Assembly (NCBI RefSeq): GCF_009834535.1
Contig: NC_045732.1
Span: 15,438,001-15,502,000 of the forward strand
Reading direction: 5' to 3'
Length of the DNA: 64,000 nucleotides
Origin: Camelus ferus
Taxonomy: Eukaryota
Below, one piece after another: positions 11,351-24,420 of this stretch. Position numbers and translations under genes: made by a program. Position 1 is the stretch's first letter. Each line of letters starts with the position of its first letter. The notes under the pieces were generated by a model. That model saw only the letters and a program-made list of their open reading frames with translations, searched no databases and was not told the DNA's origin.

Positions 11351-12789
11351 TTGAATGCTATCTTTGAAGCTAATAGCAATTTATTACCCAAGATGATTTT
11401 TGTTGTTGTTTAATTTGTTTGTAGAAGAACAGGAATCGCCACATTATGTGAGCAACAAAACACAGGCAAGACAAATCACACGTAATTCTTGTGAGTGCTG
11501 AAGGTCAAGTTCATCCAGATATACTAGTCTGTCGATAAACTTTGGCCCTTTGTGACACTTAATTTCTAGCATTCCAATAAACTATTGGTGAATTTTTCAG
11601 TACTTTTGGAAGGTTTTAGGAGATAGTTATTATGAGAAATGCCATATGTTTACCTGTAGGCCATTCTGATTTTTACTAGTAACTGAATTCCCCATGGCCC
11701 CAGCACTTAGTGAAATATAGAAGCATTCTGTCCTTCCTCCCCGACGGTTAGCCATATGCTTCCTCATATCCATAGGTAATTCTTACACATCCCTCCCTCC
11801 TGAGAAGGAAGAACAGCTCACATATATGAAGACTCATTCCAAAATGAGAAGCATGGACGGTGTTTAATTTACTTAAGAAATACTTCAGCTTCAAGTATTT
11901 AAAAGCTTAAAAGAGCAGTACCTTTGTTGGAATAAATCCAGTGTTCAAAGTTTGAGGAAATCCAGTAGGCTTCAAGCAAGCTTCTAAATTCATCCCCTAG
12001 TTTAGAGGACTTAGGCAAGGGAGACTGAAGGCATGGCGGTTATTTTAAGCACTATTGAAATTGTGGAGGTACATCTTTATTGCTCTGCAAGTTGAAAGGC
12101 TTTTCTCCTGTGCTGAAAACATCAGGTCCTCTTCCTCCTTCCTAAGGCCATGTGTGTGTGATGCTAACAGGAGCCCTGTTAAACATCAGTCCCCAGTCAT
12201 CAGCTGTGACCAGGGGCTTCCAGATAGGACATGTGCAGTGGAGAAGTGGAGAATTAAAGAAAACCCATCACTCGGGTGCATGTGAATGCTAAGGCTTCGG
12301 AGATGGACAAAGGCTAAACATTATTGCAAATCGGCTTCTGGTTTGATGCATATAAAATAGCAAGGGAGAAACCTCCACTAACCCTTCATTTAATAGTAAC
12401 TTTGTTTCAAACTCTTACCCTATGGAAATCTTCTGAGTGATTATGTTGATTTCTAGTTGCAAGATATATTTTAAAATGTATCATTACTTAAATAAAAATA
12501 TTTAATTTCAAAAGTGTTAAAAATCAAGGCACAGAGGAAGCACAAGTAAGGGAGAAGCAGTAACCTCCCTCCTCATGAAGTCAACTGCAAATGAGGAAAT
12601 GAAAGTTTCCCCCAAATAGTGACTTTTTAAACATCTATGTAAGACCAGATTTTTGTGTCTAACAAAGAGATATTAAGAATTAGATTGTCTTCTATAGTAT
12701 CGGTCTCTTTTTTTCAGAATAAGTAAAAGGAAAGCACATGGGATCAGTTTTTTCATTGTGTCAAAATTCATAAATAATGAATTTTTTGT

Positions 12790-13055
12790 TTAGTTTGCCA
12801 GTTTAACTTCTTTAAAGTGCACAATTTGGGAGCATTTAGTATATTGCACAGCTGTGCAACCATCAGAACTAGCTAATTCGAGAACATTTTCATCACCCCA
12901 AGGGAAACCCCATATCTGTTAAACAGTCACTTCCTATTTCCCACTCTTCCCAGCTCCTGCAACCAAGTACCAGAGTTAGGCAACCACTAAAATAAATATA
13001 CTTTCTGTCTTTTTGGATTTACTTATTCTGAATATTTCGTATAAATGAGATCAAT
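12790..13055 (-). mobile_element. L1M (L1MA/MB) 3' UTR fragment
   Basis: TTAAAGTGCACAATT, GTGCAACCATCA, GAACATTTTCATCACCCCAAGGGAAACCCC, TCTGAATATTTCGTATAAATGAGATC. Confidence 0.85.
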
Positions 13056-13989
13056 TTTTTTAACAGGGGAAAATCTAAGCCAGCAATAGCCATCATTTGA
13101 TAAAGCTTTAGGCAGTGCAGTCCATGTATGAGGCATACATGCACATGGTAGGTGAGGAAAACAGCTCTCCCAAGGAGAGGCTAGTACCAGCAGAAGATGC
13201 TCTAATAATCTGGAGGCTGCTGCTTCTATGACTACCCACCAGAGGTCACCCAGAACAGTTGCTAGTCCTTGCACCCTTGGACCCTGAGCCATGGTGGTGG
13301 CAAACAGGATAGGAAGCCACTCTCTGAGCCAACACCTCCCAGTAAGCTGAGGGTAGCAGCATGTATGTCTCCAAACCATGGTTATGCTCCAAAATTCCCT
13401 CCGTCCCTCTCTTGGAGCAAAACACCAAAGTTCTGTGCACCATTGCTGAGAAAAGAGAGCTGAAAAAGAAATCCACTGTTTTTTCCAACTCGAGAATGCT
13501 GGTTTGATGTTTCAGGAAATGCCATGAGAGCAGCGGCTTTGTAATGGGACTGCACATTGATATCACCTGGGAGCTTTGAGAAATCTTGATGCCCAGGTGC
13601 CACTTCATATTATTTACACTCAAGAAATAAGTGGCCGAGCTGGGAGTCCATCTCCAGGGTTCAAGGTCATGGCTACACTGCCTCTACCTTTAATTTTGCA
13701 GGTAGATGATGTCTTAATGGAAAATGATCAAATTATAATAAAATAAATATCAAAGTGAGCAAAAATAGAAATCTCTGACCACAGCTCATGTCTATAATCC
13801 TTTAAGTCTGAAATGCCCAAAGCTTGAAAAACAGAGAGTATTGTAAGTTTGGCCCCAAAAACTTGTTTGTGTTCAAGACCTGAACTGAATCAATGTGAGG
13901 TCATGCATGATCTCTTTTTACTACCACCCCCCAGGGTAAGTAGTCGCATTTTTTGTGGCGCAGGTGTTGGGTTTTCCTACTCCTTGCTA

Positions 13990-14364
13990 TGACAGACTCT
14001 GTTACATAATATATGGCTGTGGAAATCCTAAGGGCTGTGTACCAAGTATTTCCTGCTCTCAACTCTCTGGGCATCTTGTAGGGTTGCACTTCCCCTCCTT
14101 TTTGAAGTTAGATGTGACCATGTGACTTGATTTGACCAATGAAATGTGAACAGATGTGATAATGTCACTTCTGGGCTGAGGTTTTAGGTGGCAGTTTGAA
14201 ATTAGCTTTAACTCTTTCTCTCTGGAACTCTGACCAGCCATGCTCCTGTCTGTCTTTGCTCTGACAGCCTGGACCTGGATGAGATACAGAGCAGAGCCCA
14301 CACCAACTTAGATTTTGGAGATAGTTGTTACTGGAGCATAATCTAGCCTATCCTGACAGATACA
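13990..14364 (+). mobile_element. MLT1J-like MaLR LTR
   Basis: GGGCATCTTGTAGGGTTGCACTTCCC, GACCATGTGACTTGATTTGACCAATGAAATGTGA, ending GTTACTGGAGCATAATCTAGCCTATCCTGACAGATACA. Confidence 0.75.
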
Positions 14365-15026
14365 GTGATACAAAGTACCACCTTACCTTTCTAAAATCTG
14401 AAAAATTCTAAATTCTGAAACAGATCTGGCACCAAGGGTATCAGGTAAGAGATTGTGGATCTTTATTTAAAGATTTGAAATTGGGTTTTTCCCCAAGAAA
14501 ATTTGAACTGTGTTATTGCTTTGAGCACAGCTATTTCCTGACATGATTAAACTAGCATCTGGGCAGTGGCCTCTGGCCTGAGCTCTTGGAAATGAGGAAT
14601 TGTCTCATTTATCTTGGTAGCCTCAATGCCCAATGCTGAGTGAACTCTTGGTAAATAGGCACTGAAAAAAAAAAAAAGGGTGGCACAGACAGTTAATACC
14701 CGGAGCTTGAGGCTCCAAGAGAAAGAGCAAAATGAGAAGATATAAGAGGTGAAGGCAAAAGTTATCTATTTCATCTAGTTCGCGATTTTGCCTTGTTCAA
14801 ATAATGAACTGGAGACAGAGCAAATCCTGTTGGAAAGGACGATATAGTGGCTGTAAGTAAATGCTCATGGGTGGATGTCAAGATTAATTGAGGTAATTTG
14901 AACAAGTAAGGCTCTTAGCACAGAATTGGTTTATAGTTAAGCTGTAGTAAATGTAGCTATTATTCATATTAATTAAAAACTAGATAGCAATCCTCATGAA
15001 ACTGTATTAGGGAAAATTGGCTAATA

Positions 15027-15270
15027 CAGTGGTTTTCAAACTGTGCTTTACTGTGTTCCATGGATTCTGAAGCATCTCTTCAGTACCTCTAGGGTGGGAA
15101 ATCTCAGAGCCCTGGGGAGGAGAGGGGGCAGCTGAGTGGGTAGGGCCTGAACCGTCAATGCCCACTCCAACCTCACCAGCTCTGCTTTTTAGCCATCATG
15201 GATTAGCTGCCACAGAGGATTCTGTTAGAAGAAAGGGTCCTGTGGAAAAAAACAACCTTGGAAACCACTA
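15027..15270. mobile_element. hAT-Charlie-type MITE
   Basis: TIRs CAGTGGTTTTCAA / TTGGAAACCACTA; 8-bp flanks GGCTAATA / GAATAATA (6/8) consistent with a hAT TSD. Confidence 0.7.
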
Positions 15271-17049
15271 GAATAATATATTTTAGAGAGACCTTCAGCA
15301 GCAAGTGTTGAAAACCAAGGCTTTTAGATGAATTTCATTTTAAAATAAATGAATTAACAAGTTATCCATGATGTACTGGTATTCTGGCTAATTAAGGTTT
15401 TAATGTAGCATTTTGACATAACATTTTAAAAAATATTTAATGCTCTAGCAATCACGAGCATATAGATCCTTACATTTTCCCTGCCTCCTCAAAAACCAGA
15501 TAATAGACTTAGAAATTTGTATATTAATCACATGAGAGCTCTGCTAAGCTAGAATTTAATGAGATATTACTTAAAGCTCCTAGCGTCTCCTCCTTGGGTG
15601 ATGAACTAGTGGCTCTGTGGGGCTCACTATTAATGTTCTGTTTTAAGGTATAGTTGGAGACTTTGAGGAAAGCCTATTGGGTGGATTCTATTTTCTGAGG
15701 ACCCACTGATGTGATAAATGTGACATCACTGAATAACATTAGCTCAGTCTGACTTTTGAATTGTGTGGGCTGTGGGAGGTGTGTGTGTACAAGATGGAGG
15801 TCTCCGTATGGGCTCACTGACCCATGCAGTCTCACAAGATGATGCTTTTCCTACTTACCCTTGCTTCCTGTTGGTGCTTCAAGGATTCCTGGTCCTGGGG
15901 GCCCTTGAGGGGAAAACAAAAAAGAGACTTGAAACTTCCAGAGTATTTGTTCAGAAGGGGGAGGGTTGGGGGTTGCTGCTTAGAACACCTAATCCAAGTT
16001 AGAGACTTTTAGGAAATGAAAAGTTTCCAAAGACAAATCTGATTATTTTGAAATTTCTAGAGTGAACCCTGCAAAAGTGCGTACATGTATATTGGTGAAG
16101 GGTTGCTAGAGGGAGAATCGAATTATTTCCTTTTCCTCTTTCTCATATCCAGAATGTCTCTGATTTTCAGGATTCTTAACCAAGTGCATTATTATTAAAA
16201 GTTGACTTGAGGTCAAGGATAGGCTCAGTGAGGGCTGCGGCTGGCCTCAGACAAAGATGGAGAAAACTGCCACCTGGGCCCAAACTGGCTTAGAATGGTC
16301 TCTAGGAACAAGCACTCAGTTCCACGCAGGAAGGAATCAGTGACAGGAATCTTCACATCTCTTATTTATTAGAAGTCTCTTCGGTGGTCATAATACTGCC
16401 ATTTAATGGTTGATGAAACTGACTTTGAGAATCTAAATGACAAAACTTAATTTAAACTCAAAGTGTTTGATGTTAAGTTCTGCCATTTTTCCTCACCTAC
16501 CGGAACGTCATTCCTATGTTTAAAACACAACTGGAAATATGGCCTCTTTGACTGTCCTAATTCTGTGGGCGATGTGTACAGTGCCTGACAACACTGAAAT
16601 CACAAATCCTCTGTGTGCAGGTCTAACGAAATCCAGCAGACGTTTCATAGGCTTGACTGGTTTTGTCACACCAGGTTTGGCTACTATTTCTAGGGTGAGT
16701 TTTGTTCACGGTCTCACTTCAGAATTAACTAAGAGAAGTGAGTTTTTAAGAGGATTCCATCTGGGACTCGTTGGAGAAAGGATATGAAGTTAACTTTTGA
16801 GGCCTAGGTATAGCTCCCAGGTAGGCTGTTTCTAAATGGCTGGAGACTAGTTGCTTGAGGGGGCAATCACATTCCTCCTGACTCCGAGTCTGAGTGCGGC
16901 AGGTGGGCTGTGGCTTGGCAGAATTTGAGGATTCTCCAACTTGCCTATGAGTTGCCCACTGGCTGAGACAATGTCATATTCATATTTTAGACTCCCAGAA
17001 GGTTCTTGCTTGTTTTTGTTTTTTTTTTTAGTTTGTGTAATTCTTAAAG

Positions 17050-17152
17050 TCACTTTTATTTATTTTTTAAAACTGAGATATAATTTACATACCATGAACT
17101 CACATACCCTTTTAAAGTGTCCACTTCAGTGGTACTTAATATGTTCACAAGA
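17050..17152 (-). mobile_element. L1M 3' end fragment
   Basis: T-tail then AACTGAGATATAATTTACATACCATGAACTCAC...TTTAAAGTGTCCACTTCAGTGG. Confidence 0.75.
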
Positions 17153-17829
17153 TCTGGCACTTGGCACTGAGCCTCCTGTGCCCAGTGGGTGAGCCAGCCC
17201 TGCTTTCATGAATACTCTGGCCACTGGTCAGTGTTATGGGTGGACCGAGGGCCCATGGGAGCCTTATCCTCTTAAGCAGAGCTTTAAGAGAATAAGAATA
17301 TGCAGGCTCTTTCCCTGTCAGGCTAAGCTTGGCGCTTTTATTTCTTGAAGCTACAAAATCAACACTTCTTGGTACATCAGGATGAGAGCATTAAATCACA
17401 GCTGGAGCTGTACAAGGGAAGTCGTGTTTATCAGAGTAACCACCTCCTCAAATTTATCGCAGATGCTGCAGTTTGCATCCCAGGGGAGCAAAACCTAATC
17501 TGCCTTCCCCAGAGCCCAATTGTAATCTTTGAAAGGCAGTGGGAACTGGCAGCTGTCCAACCAATGCCTTCTTTCTCCTCCCATTGCAGGAGGTGGATGC
17601 TTGAGATTGAAGCAATTACTCAAAGCTCAAAAAAGTGTATTTGAAAGGCCCTGATTTTTTGCATTTCTCCCTGTCCTAGAGACTCTAGGAGGGGCAAAGC
17701 TAACCCTGAGGACGTATTTGCAGCCATTACCCTACCCGCATCATATAGCATCTCCCCTGACACCAACATTTCCCTTTGGGATGGCCACCCTGGCCAAGGC
17801 CGTTGGGACTCCCTGGCTGAGGATGGCAG

Positions 17830-18000
17830 AATAGACTCAATGTGGGGACCATCAGCAGCATCAGCATTGCCCTGAAATTTGTTAGACATGCAAAATTTCA
17901 GGCTCCACCAAAAGCAGAAACTGAGGGCGATGTTCAGCAAGCTCTGTTATAACAAACCCTCCAGGAGATTCTTTTGCACATTAAAATTTGAAATGCACTG
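17830..18000 (+). mobile_element. MER5A hAT MITE
   Basis: ACCATCAGCAGCATCAGCATT, TTGTTAGACATGCAAAATT, AACAAACCCTCCAGGAGATTC, TTTGAAATGCACTG. Confidence 0.8.
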
Positions 18001-18421
18001 AGAAGACCATGATCAGGTGGGATTCAGAGTGCAAGAGATAAAGAGATTGGCTGGTACAAAACTAATAAAAAAAAATCAAGTGACCAGCTCCAAACTTCTG
18101 AAGCTTATATACATGACCACGAATACCCACACACACATTGTAGCATATTCATATAGGCTAAAAATGAATGAGACTGCCCTCTCCTACCTGCCTCTGTTGT
18201 TTTATCATTTGTTAATATCCTTCTACCTTCAAGACATTCTTTTTTGTTAACTTCGTTGCAAATAGACTAAATTAAGAAAGGAAAAAAGTAGTGATGAGCA
18301 AGGGGAAAAAAAAGGAGACTTGAATTTGTTTTCTCATTTCATTTCATTTTTAGATCCTGGGATTTAGGAGTCAAAGATTCTTGACCAGGGTACTATTTAA
18401 AACTTCTACCTGGATTTCCAT

Positions 18422-19004
18422 TGTCAAATAAAAACTAAATCCAGATTTAGATAAGGAAAGACTATTCAAAAAGATTATTGCAATAAGGGAAGGGGACCAT
18501 TGCAATAGGGAGAGAGAACTCTGCAACACAGTGAACATTCAGTCCATAAGATCTGCAGGCATCTCAAAAGGCCAGGCAGAAAGGAATTTTCAAATGTAGT
18601 GAGGGGTAAATAAGGCTAGAAAGAACCAGATATTGGGGAGGGGAATGAACGGTGGTATGATCCAACAGTTTGAATGGGAAATGTCTTTCCTTGGGGTCAG
18701 CTGATTCTTGTGAGGCGTCAGTGAAGAGGGTTGGCTGTTTGGCATTCTGATGCTGTCAGCAGGCATTTTGTCCAGACTGGTCAGTGGGACCAGTCCAGTT
18801 AATCATTCATGGCAATGAGTGGGAACATGGAGGGTCTGTGTCTGGTGTTGTCCAGGTAAGTCCACCAGTCTTACTGGAGTCATATGGGGATGGTGGTTCT
18901 CTGTAGTAAGGAAGCCATTCCCCAGAACACAACAGGTTGGAGGGATTTCTTAACCTTTGCTGTTTTCCACGCCCCCAGGACTCAGGTCAAGTTGAACATT
19001 GTCA
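18422..19004 (-). mobile_element. ERV1-type solo LTR A
   Basis: TGTCA...TGTCA termini, 583 bp; start resembles antisense MER4-group LTR ends; 4-bp flanks CCAT/CTGT. Confidence 0.7.
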
Positions 19005-20810
19005 CTGTAGATCTTTGGAACATTTTAAAACATAAATCTCTTTAAAAACACACACACACAAACCTCTTAGCATTTATTTAATAAAGCAATTCTCTTTAAT
19101 ACAGAACACATTTGTTGACTTCAGTTTGGTACATGATTTAATTATAAACTGATGTGTTTTGTAATTAAAGAGAGTATGCTTTTTTGGATAAATGCTAAAT
19201 TTCTCTTTTAGGAGAGGAACCAGTAACCAAACTTAGCTTTAAACACATGCAAATACATAGCATAGATTTTTTAAAAGGTACTTTGAGGATAGATAGAATT
19301 GAGTCAACTATTTAAAGCTGGATGGAAGAGTTGCAACTGAAGAAGATGCTACATAATTTTTCCCACGTCAGTAAATCTGGTATACACCACTGTGTGACTT
19401 TGGTGAACAAAGAAATGCTGCGCAGTCATTAATTACAGTAATGAGAGGACAGTGTGGCTTAGAGGGTGTTCACAGGTTGTCCTATTAGCACCTCCTAAAA
19501 ATAATCATCATGGCTGAAGTGCTTTTTTTTTATGTGGAAAGCTTAATAATTAAAAAAAAAAAAACCTAAAAACAGGGGAATCCTTAAGTAGAGGTGAGGG
19601 AGGAAAAAAGGTTAATTTTTTAAACCCCACTTTTTTCAGTGCTGTAGTCCACTATGACCATCAGCTGCCTACAACTTCTATAAAATAAAGCAAATCCCTT
19701 TTAATACCATCCTGGAGTCTCGCCATAGTGTTCTACAGTTTGCACTGTTGTTCTCTAATATTCTAGCTTTCATTATAGGATCATAAATTGATTGTAGGAA
19801 CTGCTAATTTCCACTGAGGATTTGTTCTTAAGCTTGTTGGTGTCCTTGGGGGCTTTTTAGCAGAGTAAGAAGGCCTTATCACCAGGGACGAGTCTAAAAC
19901 TCCTCCCAAACAGCAACAATAAAACCATTTATTAAGAATCAGCCAGACACTGTCTTAGGCGGTGATAAAATTAATTCTTTTACTGAGACCCACAAAATGG
20001 AGGCTACCCACGTGGCCTTGTCTCCATCACAAATCTAAACCTGAGTCAGCCTGCAATTATGGTAAATGCCTCACGGTCAAGGAAACCTAATACTAATCAC
20101 AATTCTCCAACTCAGGTAAGGTAGTGTACCTTACCCTACAAAATATCAGTTTATACATTTTATTTCATTTAAACCTCACAACCTATTTAGTGGATATTGT
20201 TTCACTCCACAGATGGCAAAATTGAATTTCCAAAGTTTAGTCTCTGTCTTATCACTGCACTACAGGAAACTTCTAAAATGCATGGCAAAGAAAGGGGTCC
20301 CTTTTGAGCCCAAATTTCTGAAGGATGAGTAAGGGGTCATGGCAGGGGTGAAGGGGGCTGGTCTTTCCAGCTTCTCTCAGCTGTGGGCCTCAGCGACTTC
20401 ACATTTTAGGCTTATCTTCGCCAAGTTGCAGAATCAGTTCTGACACAGGTGGGCAGTATGGTAATGATTATGGGATTCAGGATACCCTACCCCAAAATAT
20501 GGTACCTCGGCATCTTGACTATTTTATGCTGAAAGAACTTGAGAAATGGCAGGTACAGGAAGGACTCTCTGACCTTTGCCTGAGGCAGGTCATAAGACCC
20601 TCGAGTGAGAGGTGCCCTCCCCACACCGGAGGAACGGAGCATCCTTATCTGTGCAGATGAGGGACGCTGGGGGACATCTGAACACAGAGGCCTTGCTGGG
20701 TTTCCCCCAGTTGACGACCCTTAGCTCATGCCCTTTGTCCTTTCACATTTTCCCATGACTTCTCACTCTTCCTCAAACCTAGTACAGAAACACTCCGGTG
20801 TAACTGTTTC

Positions 20811-21416
20811 TGAAACCAAGCAAGACCCTGTGGTGCCTTCCCAAGTACAAAGGCCTTTCTCTGTCCCCTATTTCTTGTTTATAGGAAAAAGGTTTCAGCC
20901 TCCTAGCCCTTCCCTGAGTCCAAAGGGCAGATTCAAACAGTTACTAATTAGGGGAGTGAGGGAAAGCAGAAAGAAACGATACTGCTGAGACAGGGCCTAG
21001 TCCTGGTTCCTCCTGAGGGTGTGCACGACAGTGTGATACAGATCTCACAGTTCTCCTGTAGGAACTAAGGCCCCCACCCAGGTGGAGGATGGCGACTTCA
21101 GGCTGAGCACAAGCTCTTGCACCCCAGACTGGTTGGAACCTGAAGGCGGATGATAGAGATTCCTGGAACACCTCCCTGTTAGCTCCCCACCAAGCAGTCA
21201 GAGGTGGGCCACACACCCTGCAGTCCTCCCCACAAATTTTGCCTATAGACATTTCTTCCCTGAAACCCATCAGTGAATTCGGGTCTTCTGAGCGTGAGCC
21301 ACCCTTGTTCTCCTTGCTTGGCCCTGTGCAATAAACCTCTCTCTCCTCCAAACTCTGACATTTGGGTTTGTTTGGCCTCACTGTGCATTGGGCACATGAA
21401 CTTGGGTTCAACAGCA
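20811..21416 (+). mobile_element. ERV1-type solo LTR C nested in LTR B
   Basis: TG...CA ends, 606 bp, perfect 4-bp TSD TTTC (20807-20810, 21417-21420), AATAAA at 21330-21335. Confidence 0.9.
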
Positions 21417-21500
21417 TTTCTTCAGGTCTTCATTTCCTTATGAAGTCTCCCAGGTCACACAAAACTTAACTAAATTTAGGTGCTTTTCTCCTGTTAATCT

Positions 21501-21501
<1 letters not shown>

Positions 21502-21535
<34 letters not shown>
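21502..21535. repeat. T34 homopolymer inside LTR B
   Basis: 34 consecutive T. Confidence 0.95.
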
Positions 21536-21538
<3 letters not shown>

Positions 21539-21711
21539 GTGGCTCCAGCCGAGAACCTAGAAGGGTAGAAGGAAAAGATATTTTTCTTTCTATACAATGG
21601 CTCAAGGCTGCTGGAAGACGTAGTCTAGAGTTCTTACTGCCTGCCATGTGCTCCATCTCTGCTGTGTTCACCAAGCCCCCACCCTCCCCGGCTCTCTGCA
21701 TATATAGAGCT

Positions 21712-22217
21712 TGTTAAATGAAATAAAACCACACAATGTGAGAGTTGTGGGTTAAGTTTTTTTTGGAGCAAAATGAGGACTATAGCCCGGGAGACAGCAT
21801 TTCAGACAGCTCTGAGGAGCTGCTCTGAAGAGGTAGGGGGAGAGGTCAGTATTAGATATGATGTTAATGAAGGGGGGCGTGCAGTCAAGCCCACAGTTAG
21901 GCAGAGGCTGCGGCTAGTCACGAGGAGCAGATGTCACCGTTAATTATTTTAGTGCTTTTCTAGATGTGAGGAGATGCAAGAATTTGGGCTAATAAAATCT
22001 TCTCCTGAAAATATCTAGCTGTCTGAAGGCCTGTTTTGCATTTTCCCAGAGCACAGAGCGCCTCGTTCCTGATCTCCACCCTGAACTCCTTTCAGGGTGT
22101 GTTGGAGGTCAGTGGCTGCAGCGGCTCATGATTTAATCCAAGCAGAGTTAGATGGCAAGTGCCAACGTGATCCAGTCCTTGTAGAGACAGATAGCAAATG
22201 CCAATTTTTAGTTGGCA
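21712..22217 (-). mobile_element. ERV1-type solo LTR D
   Basis: TGTT...GGCA ends, 506 bp, perfect 4-bp TSD AGCT (21708-21711, 22218-22221); strand inferred from resemblance to LTRs A and E. Confidence 0.85.
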
Positions 22218-23757
22218 AGCTCTTGCCCAGTTCTACCCAGTGTCCTTATTAGCATGTCACTTTCCCTACTGGAACTGGAGGCTGTCCTGACTCTCTATTC
22301 TATTTCTCACTTTCCAAAAGGTGATATTGTGGTAAATTCAATTAATTGTTATTATATTATTAACTAATTAAATTAATTCTATTACATGAAGTTTGGAGAG
22401 CGAGGACTGCTTTAGAGAACATTAGCTACTCAAAAATAACATAAAACCATTATGTAAAAAGATGCTGAATATAGTAACAAGAGCTAACTTCATTGTTAGT
22501 ACAGTTAGATTAACCCTTAGTGGGATTCAGGGATGCTGTGGTCCTGTGATACCTGTATGCACAGTTTACATTAGCCTCTAGTGTGACCTAGCTCTTCCTT
22601 GCTTGGGGACAATACCTCTTTTATCAATATGCTTTCTTTTGTGTCAAAAACTCTTTGAAACATTCTCCTGTACCAGTTTTAAATATCATCTTTGTTCTCT
22701 TTTCATCTTTGGCGTTTCAGAAAATAAACTTAGAAGGTTTCAAAAGCATTAGAAAAACTCTTTTTCCATGTTAAAGTTAGAGAACTGAGGTAGAACTGTT
22801 TTCCAAAGGAGGCAGGCTGGTTACTAATATATGTTCTAGGATCTGGCCCTCAGGTTTGGAGTTTCAGAAACGGGAATTGTGTGATACTCAGAGTCAATCA
22901 GCCTTAAATGTAGCCTAACCATACTCACAAGAGGCTGGTTTATCATCAGAGTCATAATTTATTTGTTCACATTGAGAAATCCAATTTGCAAGAAGACTAG
23001 AATACCTCTTGTATCTGGTATTGCATTTTATCCCTTACAGAAAAGCTGTGGCTTTTGGCAAGCCAGAGAAATAGAACAAAAAAGAGATAGATGAACTCAC
23101 TGGCTGACATCATCTCCCTCTAGATCCTTTGAATATTAACAATGTTCTGGATAGAACCTTTTAATGGATAATTTTTAACAAAAGGTAAAATCATGACTCA
23201 TATGAATATAAAATGAACACATAAAATATTTTATGTAATTCATTAATTAATTGAGGGCCCCAGAAAGATGTTACAACCAGTTTGAAGTCAGCTTAATGAA
23301 CCATTGATTTGTATGGAGTAAAGAAATTTTCAAGTGAATATACAAATGGACGCAAAACTGGCTTTTTCCCAAGGAGTGTGGTTGAGGGAGTCAACTGCCA
23401 CCAGACAATTTATTTACTTATCTATAGGCAAGAATTACTTGACATTGCCATTATCTACAATTTACTGTTGTAAAATAGCTCAAAGAAAATGAAAGGCTAG
23501 AATCAGACAACCCAGGAGGTTGTGCTCTATACAGTGCATAGTTTTCCCATTGGAGATACCCAGTAATCTTTTTGCTTATTCCTGTTTTTTTTTTGTAAAC
23601 TTGTCTGACATCTTTTGATGGGCATTCATTATCTTGAAGGTCAGTTGTAGAACTGATTTTTCCTGGCCTTTAGATACCTTTGTTCCCTCCCATCTTCACT
23701 GGCCAGCTAAGGTTCCTTAACAATATACCTTAAGGAAGTAGCTTTTATTATTTAGAG

Positions 23758-24150
23758 TGTTAGAAAACAAAATTCAACTGAGTAAATTTGAAGATCTAAT
23801 TGGCTTTATTCAACGACTCATGAATCAGAAAGCAGCCCATCTAGCAGAGAGAAGGGTGCTCTGAGGGGCTGTACAAAATGGAAGATCTTTATAGGCAGAA
23901 AGAGGGCTGGGTAAGAAAGTATTAGCAAAAGAAAAGAAAGGACTGTTTCAGGCCAGGCCTTCTTCTTTTGCAGGGAAGGGAATGGCAGAGGTCTTTATCA
24001 TGCCAGTAACCTCACTAGAGTTGGTCAGGAAATTTCATATTGATTGTTTTAAAGGTAACATTTCTGGAATGGATTGGAATTCCAGTTGAATATTGGTATG
24101 CTATTGTTGGGGCAAATGACTCCATTTTGGGCTTGTTATTTCTTTTAACA
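23758..24150 (-). mobile_element. ERV1-type solo LTR E
   Basis: TGTTA...TAACA termini; TTTATT at 23805-23810 and TTTATA at 23888-23893 (poly(A) signal and TATA on the minus strand); TSD not intact. Confidence 0.75.
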
Positions 24151-24420
24151 AAAACAACCCTTGATTGGTATTTTGTGCAATTAAAATTAAGTACTTAATA
24201 TATTAATTCCCAAACCTGGTTGAATAGAACCATCTAATTGGATTTGCAGAAATACAGACACCCAGGCCCCTCTCTGGATTTTCTGATCCAAGTTCTTGAG
24301 GGTTGGTGCTTTAGGACATATACATCTTTACAAAATTCATATTAGGAGTCTATGGATATACTCTGAATTAGCAACAAAGGGGCCTGAAAGGGGGAAATGT
24401 CAGTCTTGATGGAGAGGAGG

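Larger units (their letters stand above)
20468..21596 (+). mobile_element. MER34-like ERV1 solo LTR B, split by LTR C
   Basis: CCCCAAAATATGG 5' motif; ends GAACCTAGAAGGGTAGAAGGAAAAGATATTTTTCTTTCTATACA; halves rejoin as TAACTGTTTC|TTCAGGTCTTCATTTCCTTATG. Confidence 0.85.

Noticed and set aside
13023-13623. Overlapping 118- and 125-aa minus-strand ORFs
   Set aside because: No protein resemblance; one runs into an L1 3' UTR fragment.
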